DNA of 64,000 nucleotides, taken from positions 114,975 to 178,974 of the forward strand of contig CBFGKC010000006.1 of NCBI GenBank assembly GCA_965649265.1. The letters run 5' to 3'. Positions 8,857 to 17,929 of the stretch are shown one piece after another; the first letter of the stretch is position 1, and each line of letters begins with the position of its first letter. Both the position numbers and the translations under genes were made by a program. Below the pieces are notes generated by a model, which was not told where the DNA came from, ran no database searches, and saw only the letters and a list, made by a program, of their open reading frames with translations. This DNA is from a candidate division WOR-3 bacterium (GTDB taxonomy: Bacteria > Hydrothermota > Tepidihabitantia > B3-TA06).

Positions 8857-10445
8857 TTTTCATCCTTACAATGGCATTCATCACACTCTTCTTCATTATC
8901 ATCCTCTTCCAGTGACGCGAAGGCCTGAGGAAGATAGCGAAGCAGGTCGCCGGCAAGCAAGGAGTGTTCGCCGATGTCCTCTATCGCTATATCAGCCGCT
9001 TTACCGTGAAGCCAGACGCCGAGCCGCGCGGCGGGGGAGAGGGGCATTTTTTGTGCAACAAGGCCGGCTATTATCCCTGTCAGAACGTCGCCGGTTCCTC
9101 CCGATGCGAGTCCCGAGTTTCCGGTCGAGTTAACCCAGGTTTCTGAGGGGCATCCGGTAACCGTCGGCGCGCCTTTGAGTGCAAGCACCGTTCCCCATTT
9201 TTTTGCATACTCCTCTGAAAGATCAAGTCTTTTCGAATCCACTTGCTTCGCATCCATGTCGGTCAGTCTTCCGAACTCTCCGGGATGCGGTGTCAGAATA
9301 AGTGGGGGCTTCTTTCCTTCGAGTAATCCAGGCTCCGAGGCAATGGCGTTGATTCCGTCAGCATCGATAATCAACGGTTTCTTCCACTGCTTGAAGAGTT
9401 TCTTGACAAGTTCCACCGTTTCAGGATGAGTGCCGAGTCCTGGACCAATTGCCAGAACGTTCACGTCCTCCACCATTGACATTATTTCCTCTAGCGCTTT
9501 CGATGAGATGTGGCCGTCGCCTGTATCTGCCAATGGTTTTTTGACGACCTCCAGGAGAGAGGAATCGAATACGCCGCTCATGGTTGCCGGGAATCCGAGG
9601 TAAACGATTCCGGCGCCGGACCTTCCTGCCGCCTCGCAGGCAAGCCGCGCGGCGCCGCTCATGCCCTGGGAACCTGCAACAACGAGAACCTTGCCGAAGG
9701 TCGCCTTGTTTCCCCAGGGGACGCGAGAAGGAACTAGGAGGGAGGCGTCTTCGGACGTCATAAGTCGCAAATGCCCCTCGCCATCAAAGATCGCGCCAGG
9801 TATACCGATATCTGCAACCCACACCTCGCCGCAGTATTCCATGGTTGGATAAAGCACATGGCAGGGTTTCAGGTAAGCCATTGTGACCGTTACATCCGCT
9901 TGAACCGCAGTCCCTGGTTTTTCAAGCATGCCGTCAGCCTCGATTCCTGACGGCAAGTCGACGCTCACGACGAAACCCTCAGACTCGTTTACGAGTTCTA
10001 TCGCCTTTTGAGCGAGTTCATCAGGCTTACCCTTGAATCCTGTGCCGAGAATCGCGTCCACGACCACGTCAAACGAATCGATATCGTCAATCCACGAAGC
10101 CAGGCCGTCCTCATCCAAGACCTCGTCTATGGGCAATCCCATCTTCTCGGCTATTCTCGCATTGGTAAGGGCATCGCCTTTCAGGTCGTCCACCCTGGCA
10201 AGCAGAATGATTTCGACGAACGCACCCCTGTTGGCCAGGTGGCGGGCCACGACGAATCCGTCGCCGCCGTTGTTACCTTTTCCGCAAACCATAAGAGCCC
10301 TTAAGCCGTCCGTGCCCAGGTACTCCTCGATGGTTTCGGCGACCGCACGGCCCGCGTTTTCCATGAGTAAAATTGTGGGTATCCCGAACTCGCTGGACGC
10401 GCGTTCATCTATTCCGCGCATCTCGTCGCGTCTCACAATACGCAT
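8853..10445 (-). CDS. nnr: Bifunctional NAD(P)H-hydrate repair enzyme (epimerase / ADP-dependent dehydratase)
   Basis: YjeF-N motif VCGKGNNGGDGFVVARHL near the N-terminus. C-terminal carbohydrate-kinase motif GGTGDVLTGIIAGLVAQ. 530 aa. Confidence 0.9.
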   Translation of the reverse strand: MRIVRRDEMRGIDERASSEFGIPTILLMENAGRAVAETIEEYLGTDGLRALMVCGKGNNGGDGFVVARHLANRGAFVEIILLARVDDLKGDALTNARIAEKMGLPIDEVLDEDGLASWIDDIDSFDVVVDAILGTGFKGKPDELAQKAIELVNESEGFVVSVDLPSGIEADGMLEKPGTAVQADVTVTMAYLKPCHVLYPTMEYCGEVWVADIGIPGAIFDGEGHLRLMTSEDASLLVPSRVPWGNKATFGKVLVVAGSQGMSGAARLACEAAGRSGAGIVYLGFPATMSGVFDSSLLEVVKKPLADTGDGHISSKALEEIMSMVEDVNVLAIGPGLGTHPETVELVKKLFKQWKKPLIIDADGINAIASEPGLLEGKKPPLILTPHPGEFGRLTDMDAKQVDSKRLDLSEEYAKKWGTVLALKGAPTVTGCPSETWVNSTGNSGLASGGTGDVLTGIIAGLVAQKMPLSPAARLGVWLHGKAADIAIEDIGEHSLLAGDLLRYLPQAFASLEEDDNEEECDECHCKDEK

Positions 10446-10522
10446 GTTACCTCTCCCTTTGTGTATCTATTTTTTCTTCTTGTCCTGAAAATTCTTGCCT
10501 GTGCCGGATAGTGCAGAAAGGC

Positions 10523-11587
10523 TCATCCGTAGAAGTACTGGTAAGAGAGCGAGCGTATTACGTCTCCGGAACGATCCTTGCTTATCTCCTCCAGAATATG
10601 TCCCTTGTCATCGTAGCGTAGATCGACGAATCCGTAAGGCTTGTTGCGCTCGTCGTGCCAGATTATCTTTATAGGCTCCTTTCCTTCTTTATCGTACTTG
10701 TACTCCCATGATTTCGTACGCCTTTTGTTGCTGTCGTGCCATTCCTTTTTAAGAAGGCGGCCTTTGCGGTCGTACTGGAATTCAATCGTATTTAAAATCT
10801 CGTTCTGGGAGTTACGGGTAATTTCCTTGGTAATCTTTCCGTCCTTGCTTACTTCCCTGTCGAAAACCTGCAGGGTGACACCCGAACGATCTATGTGTAT
10901 TTCCTGAACCAGGACCCCGTCCTTGTCGTAAATCATCTGTTGTGTGCGGACAGGCTGTCCTGCGGTGTCGAAGAAAACCATTCTCGTGAGACGATCCCCG
11001 TCGTACTCGTAGCGGCATATCTCGTTTACGCGATCGTTGAGAACCGTGCGGCGTTCGACCAGTCGGTTGCCCGATCCCTTTGGAGGAGGGGGAGGGGGTG
11101 CTGAAAAAGAAGCCTGGCCTTGAGGCTGGGGTTGTGGAGAAGCGGTTCTTGTGTCCTTTGCTTGCGTTTTGGCCTGCGGCTGCAGCTGAGGCTCCGGAGC
11201 GCGCTGTTTGGCGGCAATGGCGGGCGAAAGCGTCGGCATGGCATCCCTGCGCGGATGTTCGTCTCCCTGTTTGAGCGATAAGCGAAGTCTGGATTCCAGA
11301 TGTGTTTCAAGATGATCTATGAGCTTTACGGCCTTTTCGAGGTCGTTGGACTCGATAACGGCCAGCGTAATTTCGTTAAGTATCTCGACCTGGAATTCGT
11401 GAGCGGCAATCTTGATAAGCTCGGGAGAAATGGATTCGCGCGCGGCCGCAAGATGCACTTCCACCCTCTGGCTGAGCTTGCGGTTTTCCTCAAGAAGATC
11501 CGCAATGCGTTTGGCCAGTTCTTCCTGTTCTTTTGCCAGGTCCTGGTACTTTAAATAATCTTTTTCGGGATCGTACTTAGAAGCCAT
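10523..11587 (-). CDS. Hypothetical protein: N-terminal coiled coil, Pro/Gln-rich linker, C-terminal YD-like repeats
   Basis: ATG 11587 (MASKYDPEK...); the track uses an upstream GTG at 11599. Repeats seen: IYDKDGVLVQE, FQYDRKGRLLKKEW, YKYDKEGK, LRYDDKGHILEE. Confidence 0.55.
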   Translation of the reverse strand: MASKYDPEKDYLKYQDLAKEQEELAKRIADLLEENRKLSQRVEVHLAAARESISPELIKIAAHEFQVEILNEITLAVIESNDLEKAVKLIDHLETHLESRLRLSLKQGDEHPRRDAMPTLSPAIAAKQRAPEPQLQPQAKTQAKDTRTASPQPQPQGQASFSAPPPPPPKGSGNRLVERRTVLNDRVNEICRYEYDGDRLTRMVFFDTAGQPVRTQQMIYDKDGVLVQEIHIDRSGVTLQVFDREVSKDGKITKEITRNSQNEILNTIEFQYDRKGRLLKKEWHDSNKRRTKSWEYKYDKEGKEPIKIIWHDERNKPYGFVDLRYDDKGHILEEISKDRSGDVIRSLSYQYFYG

Positions 11588-11618
11588 GGATTGTCTCACT
11601 GGTTGTTGTCATACGCTA

Positions 11619-11647
11619 ACTATACCAAGCTTAAGTGCCCTTGTCAA
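11619..11647 (-). promoter_or_regulatory. sigma70-type promoter TTGACA-N17-TATAGT (minus strand)
   Basis: TTGACA 11647-11642, TATAGT 11624-11619. An ATG at 11612, 6 nt after the -10, opens an 11-codon mini-ORF MTTTSETIHGF that overlaps the main ATG out of frame. Confidence 0.55.
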
Positions 11648-11688
11648 GCTAAATAAAATGCCCCCTAAAAGTCGAATGACGACATTTA

Positions 11689-11727
11689 GGGATCCCGAGA
11701 AGTCAGTTTCGGACTTCTCGGGGTCCC
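11689..11727 (-). terminator. Long GC-rich hairpin 5 nt after the stop of 11732..13069 (possible terminator)
   Basis: GGGATCCCGAGAAGTC / loop agtttcg / GACTTCTCGGGGTCCC, 15 of 16 positions paired. No clean U-run follows, so it may not be a classical intrinsic terminator. Confidence 0.45.
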
Positions 11728-11731
11728 GGAT

Positions 11732-13069
11732 TCATTTCACAATTATAACCTTGCAGATTCGGCAAGGATCTACATCGGGGACTATGAAATACACGCCTGC
11801 CTCGTGTCCTTTACCCCATTTGAAAGTGCCTTGTGTTTGAGATGGTTTTATTTTGTCCACCTTGCGGCCGGATGCGTCGTATACATCGGCTTGAAAACCG
11901 CTGGGATGTCCCGAGTATTGCAGCACTATCTCCTTACCGATGGGGGAGAGGAGTTGCCAGGCTGTTATTTGCTCGACAGCAGGTTTTTCCGCGACTCCTA
12001 CGTTGCCAAGGGAATCGGTCTTAATAAGACAGATTTTGTAAATACCGCTTTCCGAGGTCATAACCTCTCCGGTAATAATAAAACCCTTATCCTGGGTTTC
12101 CTGGACACTGAATCCTCTGTTCCATGAGTTTTCGCCGAATTGTTTTGTCCACTGAAAGTTTCCATTTTTATCTAACTTAAGGAGGAGCAGAAAAGTTCCG
12201 TGATCGGTCCTGAAAATTCCGGTTGCGGCTAAACCGCCGTCATATGTCTCATCACAATCATAGGCCTGCAGAGAATCTCTTGCAAAAGACCAGACTGTAT
12301 CCCCCAGTTCATCGAGCTTGAGTATCCATAAAGCCTGCCCGCCGTTTTTCCAGCCTGCAACATAGTACCCACCTTCGGTCTGGTGTATGGAGTAGCCCTT
12401 TTCTCCTTCCGTGGACAAGCCATGGCTTTTTGCCCAAAGGAGATTGCCCTTATCATCGGTCTTGACAACGCCCAGATGAAAGGCTGAATCTCTGCCTGTT
12501 ACAATAAAACCGTTATCTTCAGTTTTTGCGATACACAAACCTTCCAGCCCATACTGGTGCGTCCAGACCGTATCGCCGTTCTTGTCGAACTTCATGATAG
12601 TCCAGGGGGTGCCTGTTGCAGCATATCCGTCTGCCGTTTCGATTACACATTCGCCATAAGAAAAACCACTATTATTGCCAATCGCCTGAGTCCATAAAGT
12701 GTCGCCATAAGGGTTCGTTTTTATCAACCACAAATGAACCGTCTGCCAGCCACCCGCACAACTACCCACGAGCGTATATCCTTCGTCAGTTGTTTGGATG
12801 ACAGAAAGGCCTTTACCGCCGTAAGCTTTTGAATCCTTGTATGTTTTAGACCATTGGATTTCGCCCAAAGGATCGGTTTTCAGGAGGCAGGTTCCGGCTA
12901 CTATATATCCTCCATCCTTTGTTTGCTTGACGGAGTATCCTGAATTGAAATCAGCGTCACCGTAAGTTTTCATCCAGCCGGCAACACTCGACAGAGGGAA
13001 TATCAGCAACCCAAGAACCGTCAAGACTATGTTTGTCAGAGGATTAAACACTAACCTCGATTTTTCCAT
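11732..13069 (-). CDS. Secreted repeat protein (same ~50-aa repeat family as 2652..4340) with T9SS-type C-terminal domain
   Basis: N-terminal hydrophobic segment LTNIVLTVLGLLIFPLSSVAG. Repeats such as VKQTKDGGYIVAG...KTDPLGEIQW and IQTTDEGYTLVG...WLIKTNPYGDTLW. C-terminus IVLQYS...DVYDASGRKV...GVYFIVPDVDPCRICKVIIVK. Confidence 0.7.
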   Translation of the reverse strand: MEKSRLVFNPLTNIVLTVLGLLIFPLSSVAGWMKTYGDADFNSGYSVKQTKDGGYIVAGTCLLKTDPLGEIQWSKTYKDSKAYGGKGLSVIQTTDEGYTLVGSCAGGWQTVHLWLIKTNPYGDTLWTQAIGNNSGFSYGECVIETADGYAATGTPWTIMKFDKNGDTVWTHQYGLEGLCIAKTEDNGFIVTGRDSAFHLGVVKTDDKGNLLWAKSHGLSTEGEKGYSIHQTEGGYYVAGWKNGGQALWILKLDELGDTVWSFARDSLQAYDCDETYDGGLAATGIFRTDHGTFLLLLKLDKNGNFQWTKQFGENSWNRGFSVQETQDKGFIITGEVMTSESGIYKICLIKTDSLGNVGVAEKPAVEQITAWQLLSPIGKEIVLQYSGHPSGFQADVYDASGRKVDKIKPSQTQGTFKWGKGHEAGVYFIVPDVDPCRICKVIIVK

Positions 13070-13157
13070 AAAACCTCCTCAAGGTTTTTTTGGCTTACGC
13101 CTCCTCATTAACGCCCAACAATTAAATTCTGGTCAAAAAACCTGCTTATCAAGCTCT

Positions 13158-14459
13158 CTAGCTCGCGTAAGGGAACAGGAACTTTAGCGATGCGCCGAAG
13201 CGGTAGAACTTTTCGGTATACAAATCTTCCTCCAGCCCGAACTTCTTGGACCAGGTCGCGTACTCGAAGGAACTGTTGAGGACAACATACGAAGAGATAG
13301 GTATGCCTATCCCTGCGGTTACACCTTTGAGATACTTTGGTGTGTGCTGGCCTGAGTCGGCCTGCGGGATCGCGTCAAAGTAGAAACCTCCGCGTACTAT
13401 CACAGGCGATACGAATTCGGCACCGAAGCGGAACGTGGAACCGTCGTTCACGCCGAGCCTTGAGCCTAAGGCCTCGACGGCAGTGAAGAAGCGAGTCTGG
13501 AATTCACCTGAAAGATTGAGGAAAGGCAAAATCTTCGACCGCAAACCGACGGTGAAGACGCCGGGCAACATGTAGGCTGTTGAGTCATCTACCTGGTGTT
13601 TTATCTGAATTCCATTAGTGTCCAATACAAGCGTTGAATCAAACCAAGTAATCTCCGTTCCGGAAAGGCTTTCCTCGCCCCATCTCCAGCCCCAGGCTAT
13701 AGGTGATCGATATGAGAAGCTTATACCCAACTGGGGAAAGGGTTCCGCAAACGCGCCTACAGTGAAAAAATTTCCTGTCGAGGAGAAGTTACCTTTGTAT
13801 CTTATTCGTGTTTCATCGTATATACCGGAGGTGTCCCCGTCTTCAATCTCAAGATCATCGTAAACGCTTACTTCGTAATAGCTGCTTTTGAGCTTCTCTA
13901 GTGCGCTGAAGCTGAAGGCCAGACCAATGGAGTAATTGTCCAGTATGCTCATTGCGATCGCCGGGGTTATTACCCTTAAACCGCCGGTTGCGGTATCGGT
14001 CATCTTATAACTTCCGTTTTCGAATTCCCAGTTAATCTCCCTGTTGACGGCATTATCAATATGTAGGTGATAGCCGAAAGCAGGATAGAGCACAGCGTAT
14101 TCCGCGATCTGGATGGGCAAAGCTAAAGAGACGTGTGTGAACTGGGGGATGGTGTTATATTTTGTGTAGTATTGCTCTTCTTGTATCTCTTCCTGGCCGA
14201 AACCCCAGTAAAGCCTTCCGCCGATCTCCATTTCAAGATAATCAGCGTCCAGCAAAAGAGCAGGATTGAAAAAGATGGCGTTCGAACCCTGAGCGCTGAC
14301 CGATCCGGTATTGCCCATGCCGCAGGAACGGACATCCACGACGGTGGGATTAATTGCGTCAACCATAAATGCATAAACGGTTGAATTTACGAAAAATAGC
14401 GGTAACAATACGACCAAAGTCTTAAAGGTCGCTTTTTTTTCAAATCCTGACATGCACAT
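13158..14459 (-). CDS. Putative outer-membrane beta-barrel protein (PorV/FadL-like N-terminal motif)
   Basis: ATG 14459 after GGAGGT (track ORF extends to 14567). Signal-like FKTLVVLLPLFFVNSTVYA. The motif GMGNTGSVSAQGSNAIFFNPALLL resembles the G-x-G-G...NPA motif of PorV/PorQ/FadL-like barrels. Sequence shows alternating amphipathic pattern. Weak family call. Confidence 0.45.
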   Translation of the reverse strand: MCMSGFEKKATFKTLVVLLPLFFVNSTVYAFMVDAINPTVVDVRSCGMGNTGSVSAQGSNAIFFNPALLLDADYLEMEIGGRLYWGFGQEEIQEEQYYTKYNTIPQFTHVSLALPIQIAEYAVLYPAFGYHLHIDNAVNREINWEFENGSYKMTDTATGGLRVITPAIAMSILDNYSIGLAFSFSALEKLKSSYYEVSVYDDLEIEDGDTSGIYDETRIRYKGNFSSTGNFFTVGAFAEPFPQLGISFSYRSPIAWGWRWGEESLSGTEITWFDSTLVLDTNGIQIKHQVDDSTAYMLPGVFTVGLRSKILPFLNLSGEFQTRFFTAVEALGSRLGVNDGSTFRFGAEFVSPVIVRGGFYFDAIPQADSGQHTPKYLKGVTAGIGIPISSYVVLNSSFEYATWSKKFGLEEDLYTEKFYRFGASLKFLFPYAS

Positions 14460-14492
14460 ACCTACCTCCAGGCTTGCCTTTTTTGTATCTAT

Positions 14493-14521
14493 AGTGTATA
14501 CCGAAACATGTGATTTGTCAA
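14493..14521 (-). promoter_or_regulatory. sigma70-type promoter TTGACA-N17-TACACT (minus strand)
   Basis: TTGACA 14521-14516, TACACT 14498-14493, about 30 nt upstream of ATG 14459. Confidence 0.4.
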
Positions 14522-14671
14522 GCCCTTCTGTGAGCTTCTGGTCATCTAAGTCAAGCCAAAAAAACATCTGTAACCGTCAGCCCTCTCAGTCATATCCCGG
14601 CATTGGTCTTACAGACTGAGTTAATTGGAATAATATCCAAATCACAAGCAGAGAAAGATGTGTTACTGAGT

Positions 14672-14968
14672 CCTCCTCAGAAACCTCCTCAGAGCTACCC
14701 CTCAGTCTTCCTTACATCCCCGGCGCTCCTCATTGGATCAGTAATAATGAAACAGCAGAAGCCGGAGGGTTCTGCCAATGCGCCTCCGGCGCTCCTCATT
14801 GGAGAGTAGAAGTAAAATGGCGGAAGCGGAGCTTGCGCCCAGCGCCTTCGAGGCGCTCGCTCTCCTCAGAAATACCCTGACACATGTCTGACACACTGAG
14901 CTAATCTTAGCGGTATGTTTCTATTTATGAGCTATGAGGGAGAAGGGGGGGCAGGAGCCCTCCTCAGA
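14672..14968. repeat. Composite repeat island: CCTCCTCAGA copies plus GC hairpins (GCGCC-TCC-GGCGC, GCGCA/G-GCT-TGCGC)
   Basis: CCTCCTCAGA at 14672 and 14684, with shorter CTCCTCAGA/CCTCAGA copies ending at 14870 and 14968. The segment 14790-14855 is about 85% identical to the 86-bp unit at 51946 and 52078. Confidence 0.75.
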
Positions 14969-15040
14969 GACCTCTCGGTGTCGATTTTACATAATTTTCT
15001 GAGCGGAGTATCTTTCTATTCACGACCAATGAGGGATGGT

Positions 15041-15096
15041 GTGTTACGGGGGGGGGACGGGTGTTACGGGTGGGTGTTACGGGTGGCGTTACGGGG
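15041..15096 (-). repeat. C-rich decamer array (CCCGTAACAC on the gene strand), 4 copies, overlapping the rSAM stop codon
   Basis: Plus strand reads GTGTTACGGG at 15041, 15061 and 15074, and GCGTTACGGGG at 15087. Same motif arrays occur at 48002-48082 and 58790-58832. Confidence 0.8.
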
Positions 15097-16111
15097 CAGA
15101 GAGAATCTGGGCGACGAATGGTTCGGTACCACCGCATTCATTTGCGGCGGCCCGGCACGATGCCCGGCATGTCTCGATATCCTTGCACCCTCTGCACATC
15201 TCCGGTATATCCTCAATGAACTCCTTCCTTTCGGCGGAATCCATCAGCTCCCAGAAACTTTTTTCCCTGATATTCCCGAGAACGAGCGGGGTGTGGTTGC
15301 ACGGACGCAGATTGCCTATGGAATCCACCACCGGGTAGCACTCCTCGGTTCCCGCCGAGCAGAAACCGAAGCCGAGATGCGGGTAGTTCTTAATATCCAC
15401 GAGGCAGCAGGGGATAGGTATCGATACGCTTATGGGGAACCTCTTTTCTACCGCGAACCGCTCGGCTGTGTCGAGCATGAAGAGCACATCCTGGGGGGAG
15501 GGGGAGAGTTCGTCGAGATTCTCGAGTCCCCTTCCGCCGGGATTGAAGCGGTTGAGCATCACGCCGTGCGTACCGAGGCTCCTTGCGAACTCCAGGGTTT
15601 CCCAGAGCCTTGCGAGGTTGATCTTTGTGACGATCAGGGCGACTACAATCTTCGCCTTTGTCGAAAGCACGGCCTCTATCCCTCGAACTGATTTCTCGAA
15701 GCTTCCACTGCATCCCTGCAGGTATTCGTGCTCGTCTGGCCTGTCCGATAGAAGCTGGATCTCGAAAAGAGAGATTCCAGCCCTCACAAGCGTCTTTGCG
15801 AGTTTCTTGTCGAGCGCCTGGCCGTTCGTGATGATGTTGAGCTGAGCGCCCGAGAGTGCGGCCTGAAGCGAGATGTCCACGAGATCGGGTCTCAGAGTCG
15901 GTTCTCCGCCGCTTATCGTGAAGAGTGACGGCTTCGTCTCTTTTAAGAGCTTTGCCAGCATCTCGCGGGTTTCCTTTGGGTTCAAGTCCTCATGTACAGT
16001 TTCCGGATGCTTATGCCAGATGTTGTAGCAGAAGCGGCATTTGAGATTACATCTTTGGGTTACTTCGAAGATGAGGATTTTCTGGCGGCGGTCCCTTAAC
16101 GAATCGTTCAT
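15089..16111 (-). CDS. Radical SAM enzyme with C-terminal SPASM-type auxiliary cluster domain
   Basis: CNLKCRFC (CX3CX2C) at residues 21-28. GGEPTL SAM-binding-like motif. C-terminal FCSAGTEEC...GNLRPC...LGNI...CRGCKDIETCRASC cysteine pattern. The ATG lies 1 nt after the stop of paralog P1 (TAG-C-ATG). Confidence 0.85.
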   Translation of the reverse strand: MNDSLRDRRQKILIFEVTQRCNLKCRFCYNIWHKHPETVHEDLNPKETREMLAKLLKETKPSLFTISGGEPTLRPDLVDISLQAALSGAQLNIITNGQALDKKLAKTLVRAGISLFEIQLLSDRPDEHEYLQGCSGSFEKSVRGIEAVLSTKAKIVVALIVTKINLARLWETLEFARSLGTHGVMLNRFNPGGRGLENLDELSPSPQDVLFMLDTAERFAVEKRFPISVSIPIPCCLVDIKNYPHLGFGFCSAGTEECYPVVDSIGNLRPCNHTPLVLGNIREKSFWELMDSAERKEFIEDIPEMCRGCKDIETCRASCRAAANECGGTEPFVAQILSAP

Positions 16112-16112
16112 G

Positions 16113-16688
16113 CTAATTATCTTCCTTTTTCTCAGTTCCTGACGTATCCGGTTTGCTGACTATTAGTTTTGCCAGGTGAGAGGTTTCAGAATTAAGCGAG
16201 GATATTTTCATGAAGACCCTGACGGTTTCAGGCGGAAGGCCTCGAACATCCAGCCTCGCTTCCAGAAGTTCCGCGGAGCTGTCGAATTTCCCGTCGACCG
16301 GGTCGAGCGATATAATATAAGGTTCAGCATCCGGTCGGCTAACCGCGGCCGTAGCACTGTATATTATGTCACCAGGTATTTCTGTTCTTCCAAGAACCTT
16401 TATAGTTACGGAATCCGCACCCCTGGTCGGGTTGGGATAGATCAAAAGCGAGTCGACAATCTCATCTGCAGGCGGAGAAAAATGAACATAGTAGCAAGTA
16501 ATCGCCGGTTCATAGTGACGGTGTGTCAGACATCCTATGAGCGAAAGTAAGCCTCCTAGAAGAACCAGTTTAAAATGTCTGGTTGTTCTTGAAAATCGGT
16601 TCTTGCTCTCTAAAACCGAAAGAAGATGGAATACTAAACCTCCCGCTCGGCTCAACAACCCTGAGAGCCTATTACGCAACTTGATCAC
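16113..16688 (-). CDS. Array paralog P1 of 12 (numbered by coordinate): anchored Ig-like protein, unknown family, lipobox variant
   Basis: GTG start. MIKLRNRLSGLLSRAGGLVFHLLSVLE. Lipobox-like LIGC. ITCYY. YPNPTRGADSVTIKV. DGKFDSSAE. Acidic tail KPDTSGTEKKEDN. Confidence 0.8.
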   Translation of the reverse strand: MIKLRNRLSGLLSRAGGLVFHLLSVLESKNRFSRTTRHFKLVLLGGLLSLIGCLTHRHYEPAITCYYVHFSPPADEIVDSLLIYPNPTRGADSVTIKVLGRTEIPGDIIYSATAAVSRPDAEPYIISLDPVDGKFDSSAELLEARLDVRGLPPETVRVFMKISSLNSETSHLAKLIVSKPDTSGTEKKEDN

Positions 16689-16717
16689 TGGTCAATATAC
16701 GGCTGATAGGGATGGTG

Positions 16718-17278
16718 TCAATCCTTTTCTTCCGTAGAGTCAGGGTCCGTCACGACAAGCATTAGTTGTTGCGTATACATGCCTGCCTGGGAGGTGTAGA
16801 AGGTCAGGTCCACCCATGTTGTTTCGGAGACAAGCCCTCCGATATAGAACCTCCCCTGAACGGCCTCAAGCGTGTCCGAAAAATCTCCGTCAACCGCATC
16901 GAGAGGCGTAAGAAGCGTGTCTGATGCCAGTTTTATCGTCGCGCCGGTAATGATGTTGCCTTCTATTCCCGGATCGTAAACCTTGGCCGTCGCCTTCACC
17001 GTTACCGTATCCGCGCCTTTTGTAGGATTCGGCGTAATAGCAGCCTCGGTGACTACCACGGGGTCAATTATGGCCATGTCGTAGCAGGTTGCTATGGGTG
17101 TCTCCGGCTGTGCCCTGAGCCAGCCTGCAACAGTCAGAACGAGACCTAAAACGAAGAGCTTGGTCCACCTCGCCGTCTTTTTAATAGTTCCCTCCTCCTC
17201 CCAGCTTGAAAGAACCGGAAGGAGTTTTGCTCCTATCCTCGTTATGAATGATGAAAGCGCGTTTCGAGTCTTAATCAT
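16718..17278 (-). CDS. Array paralog P2
   Basis: MIKTRNALSSFITRIGAKLLPVLSSWEEEG. ARWTKL plus hydrophobic helix ending WLRAQ. ATCYD. TPNPTKGADTVTVKATAKV. DGDFSDTLE. Tail DPDSTEEKD. Confidence 0.8.
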   Translation of the reverse strand: MIKTRNALSSFITRIGAKLLPVLSSWEEEGTIKKTARWTKLFVLGLVLTVAGWLRAQPETPIATCYDMAIIDPVVVTEAAITPNPTKGADTVTVKATAKVYDPGIEGNIITGATIKLASDTLLTPLDAVDGDFSDTLEAVQGRFYIGGLVSETTWVDLTFYTSQAGMYTQQLMLVVTDPDSTEEKD

Positions 17279-17307
17279 GTTTTACTGTACCTCACTTTTC
17301 CGGACTG

Positions 17308-17865
17308 TCAATCTTTTTCTGTCGAATCGGGTTCAGAAATCACAAGCTGCAGCCCTTCAACATTTATGCCTGCCTGCGGGGTGTAGAATGTGATGTAAAC
17401 CCGGGTGGTTTCGGGTCCAAGCCCGGTGACGCACAGACGGCCTTCAACTGTCTCGAGCGTGTCCGAAAACTTGCCGTCGACCGCACGGAGAGGGACAATA
17501 ACCGTATCGCCGCCAATTCTTGCATCCGCTCCGGAGATTATATTGCCTTCAAGTTTCGAATCGTAGACCCTTGCGGTCGCTCTCACCGTAACCGAGTCGG
17601 CGCCATTTGTGGGGTTAGGCGTAATAGCAGCCTCAGTGATTATTACCGGTTCAATGACGACCGGATCATAACAGGTCGCATACCCCCTGGTCTCTTGGGC
17701 CGAGAGCCAGCCTAGTAAGCCCAGGATGAAACCCAGAATGTAGATTTTTGCAAATCTCGCGAATCCCTTAAGAACCCCTTCCTCCTCCCACCTTGAGAGA
17801 AGCGGGAAGAGTTTTGCTCCAACATTGCTTACAAACGCCGCGAGCGAGCTGCGAGCTTTGGCCAT
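17308..17865 (-). CDS. Array paralog P3
   Basis: AAGGAGG RBS. MAKARSSLAAFVSNVGAKLFPLLSRWEEEG. ATCYDP. TPNPTNGADSVTVRATARV. DGKFSDTLE. Tail EPDSTEKD. Confidence 0.85.
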   Translation of the reverse strand: MAKARSSLAAFVSNVGAKLFPLLSRWEEEGVLKGFARFAKIYILGFILGLLGWLSAQETRGYATCYDPVVIEPVIITEAAITPNPTNGADSVTVRATARVYDSKLEGNIISGADARIGGDTVIVPLRAVDGKFSDTLETVEGRLCVTGLGPETTRVYITFYTPQAGINVEGLQLVISEPDSTEKD

Positions 17866-17929
17866 AAAATTCCTCCTTGACTGCGACTACTCCTGTTATA
17901 CAGTTGCAGGTGCAATAAATTCCCTTAAC

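Noticed and set aside
14603-14809. 68-aa plus-strand ORF (and similar ones at 33148..33357 and 49606..49824)
   Set aside because: They are encoded entirely by dispersed repeats and hairpins (e.g. PPALLIG twice from the repeated GCGCCTCCGGCGCT unit). These are repeat-derived pseudo-ORFs.
14915-15691. 258-aa plus-strand ORF
   Set aside because: It starts in the repeat island and runs antisense to the radical SAM gene, which has clear CX3CX2C and SPASM motifs. No motifs of its own.
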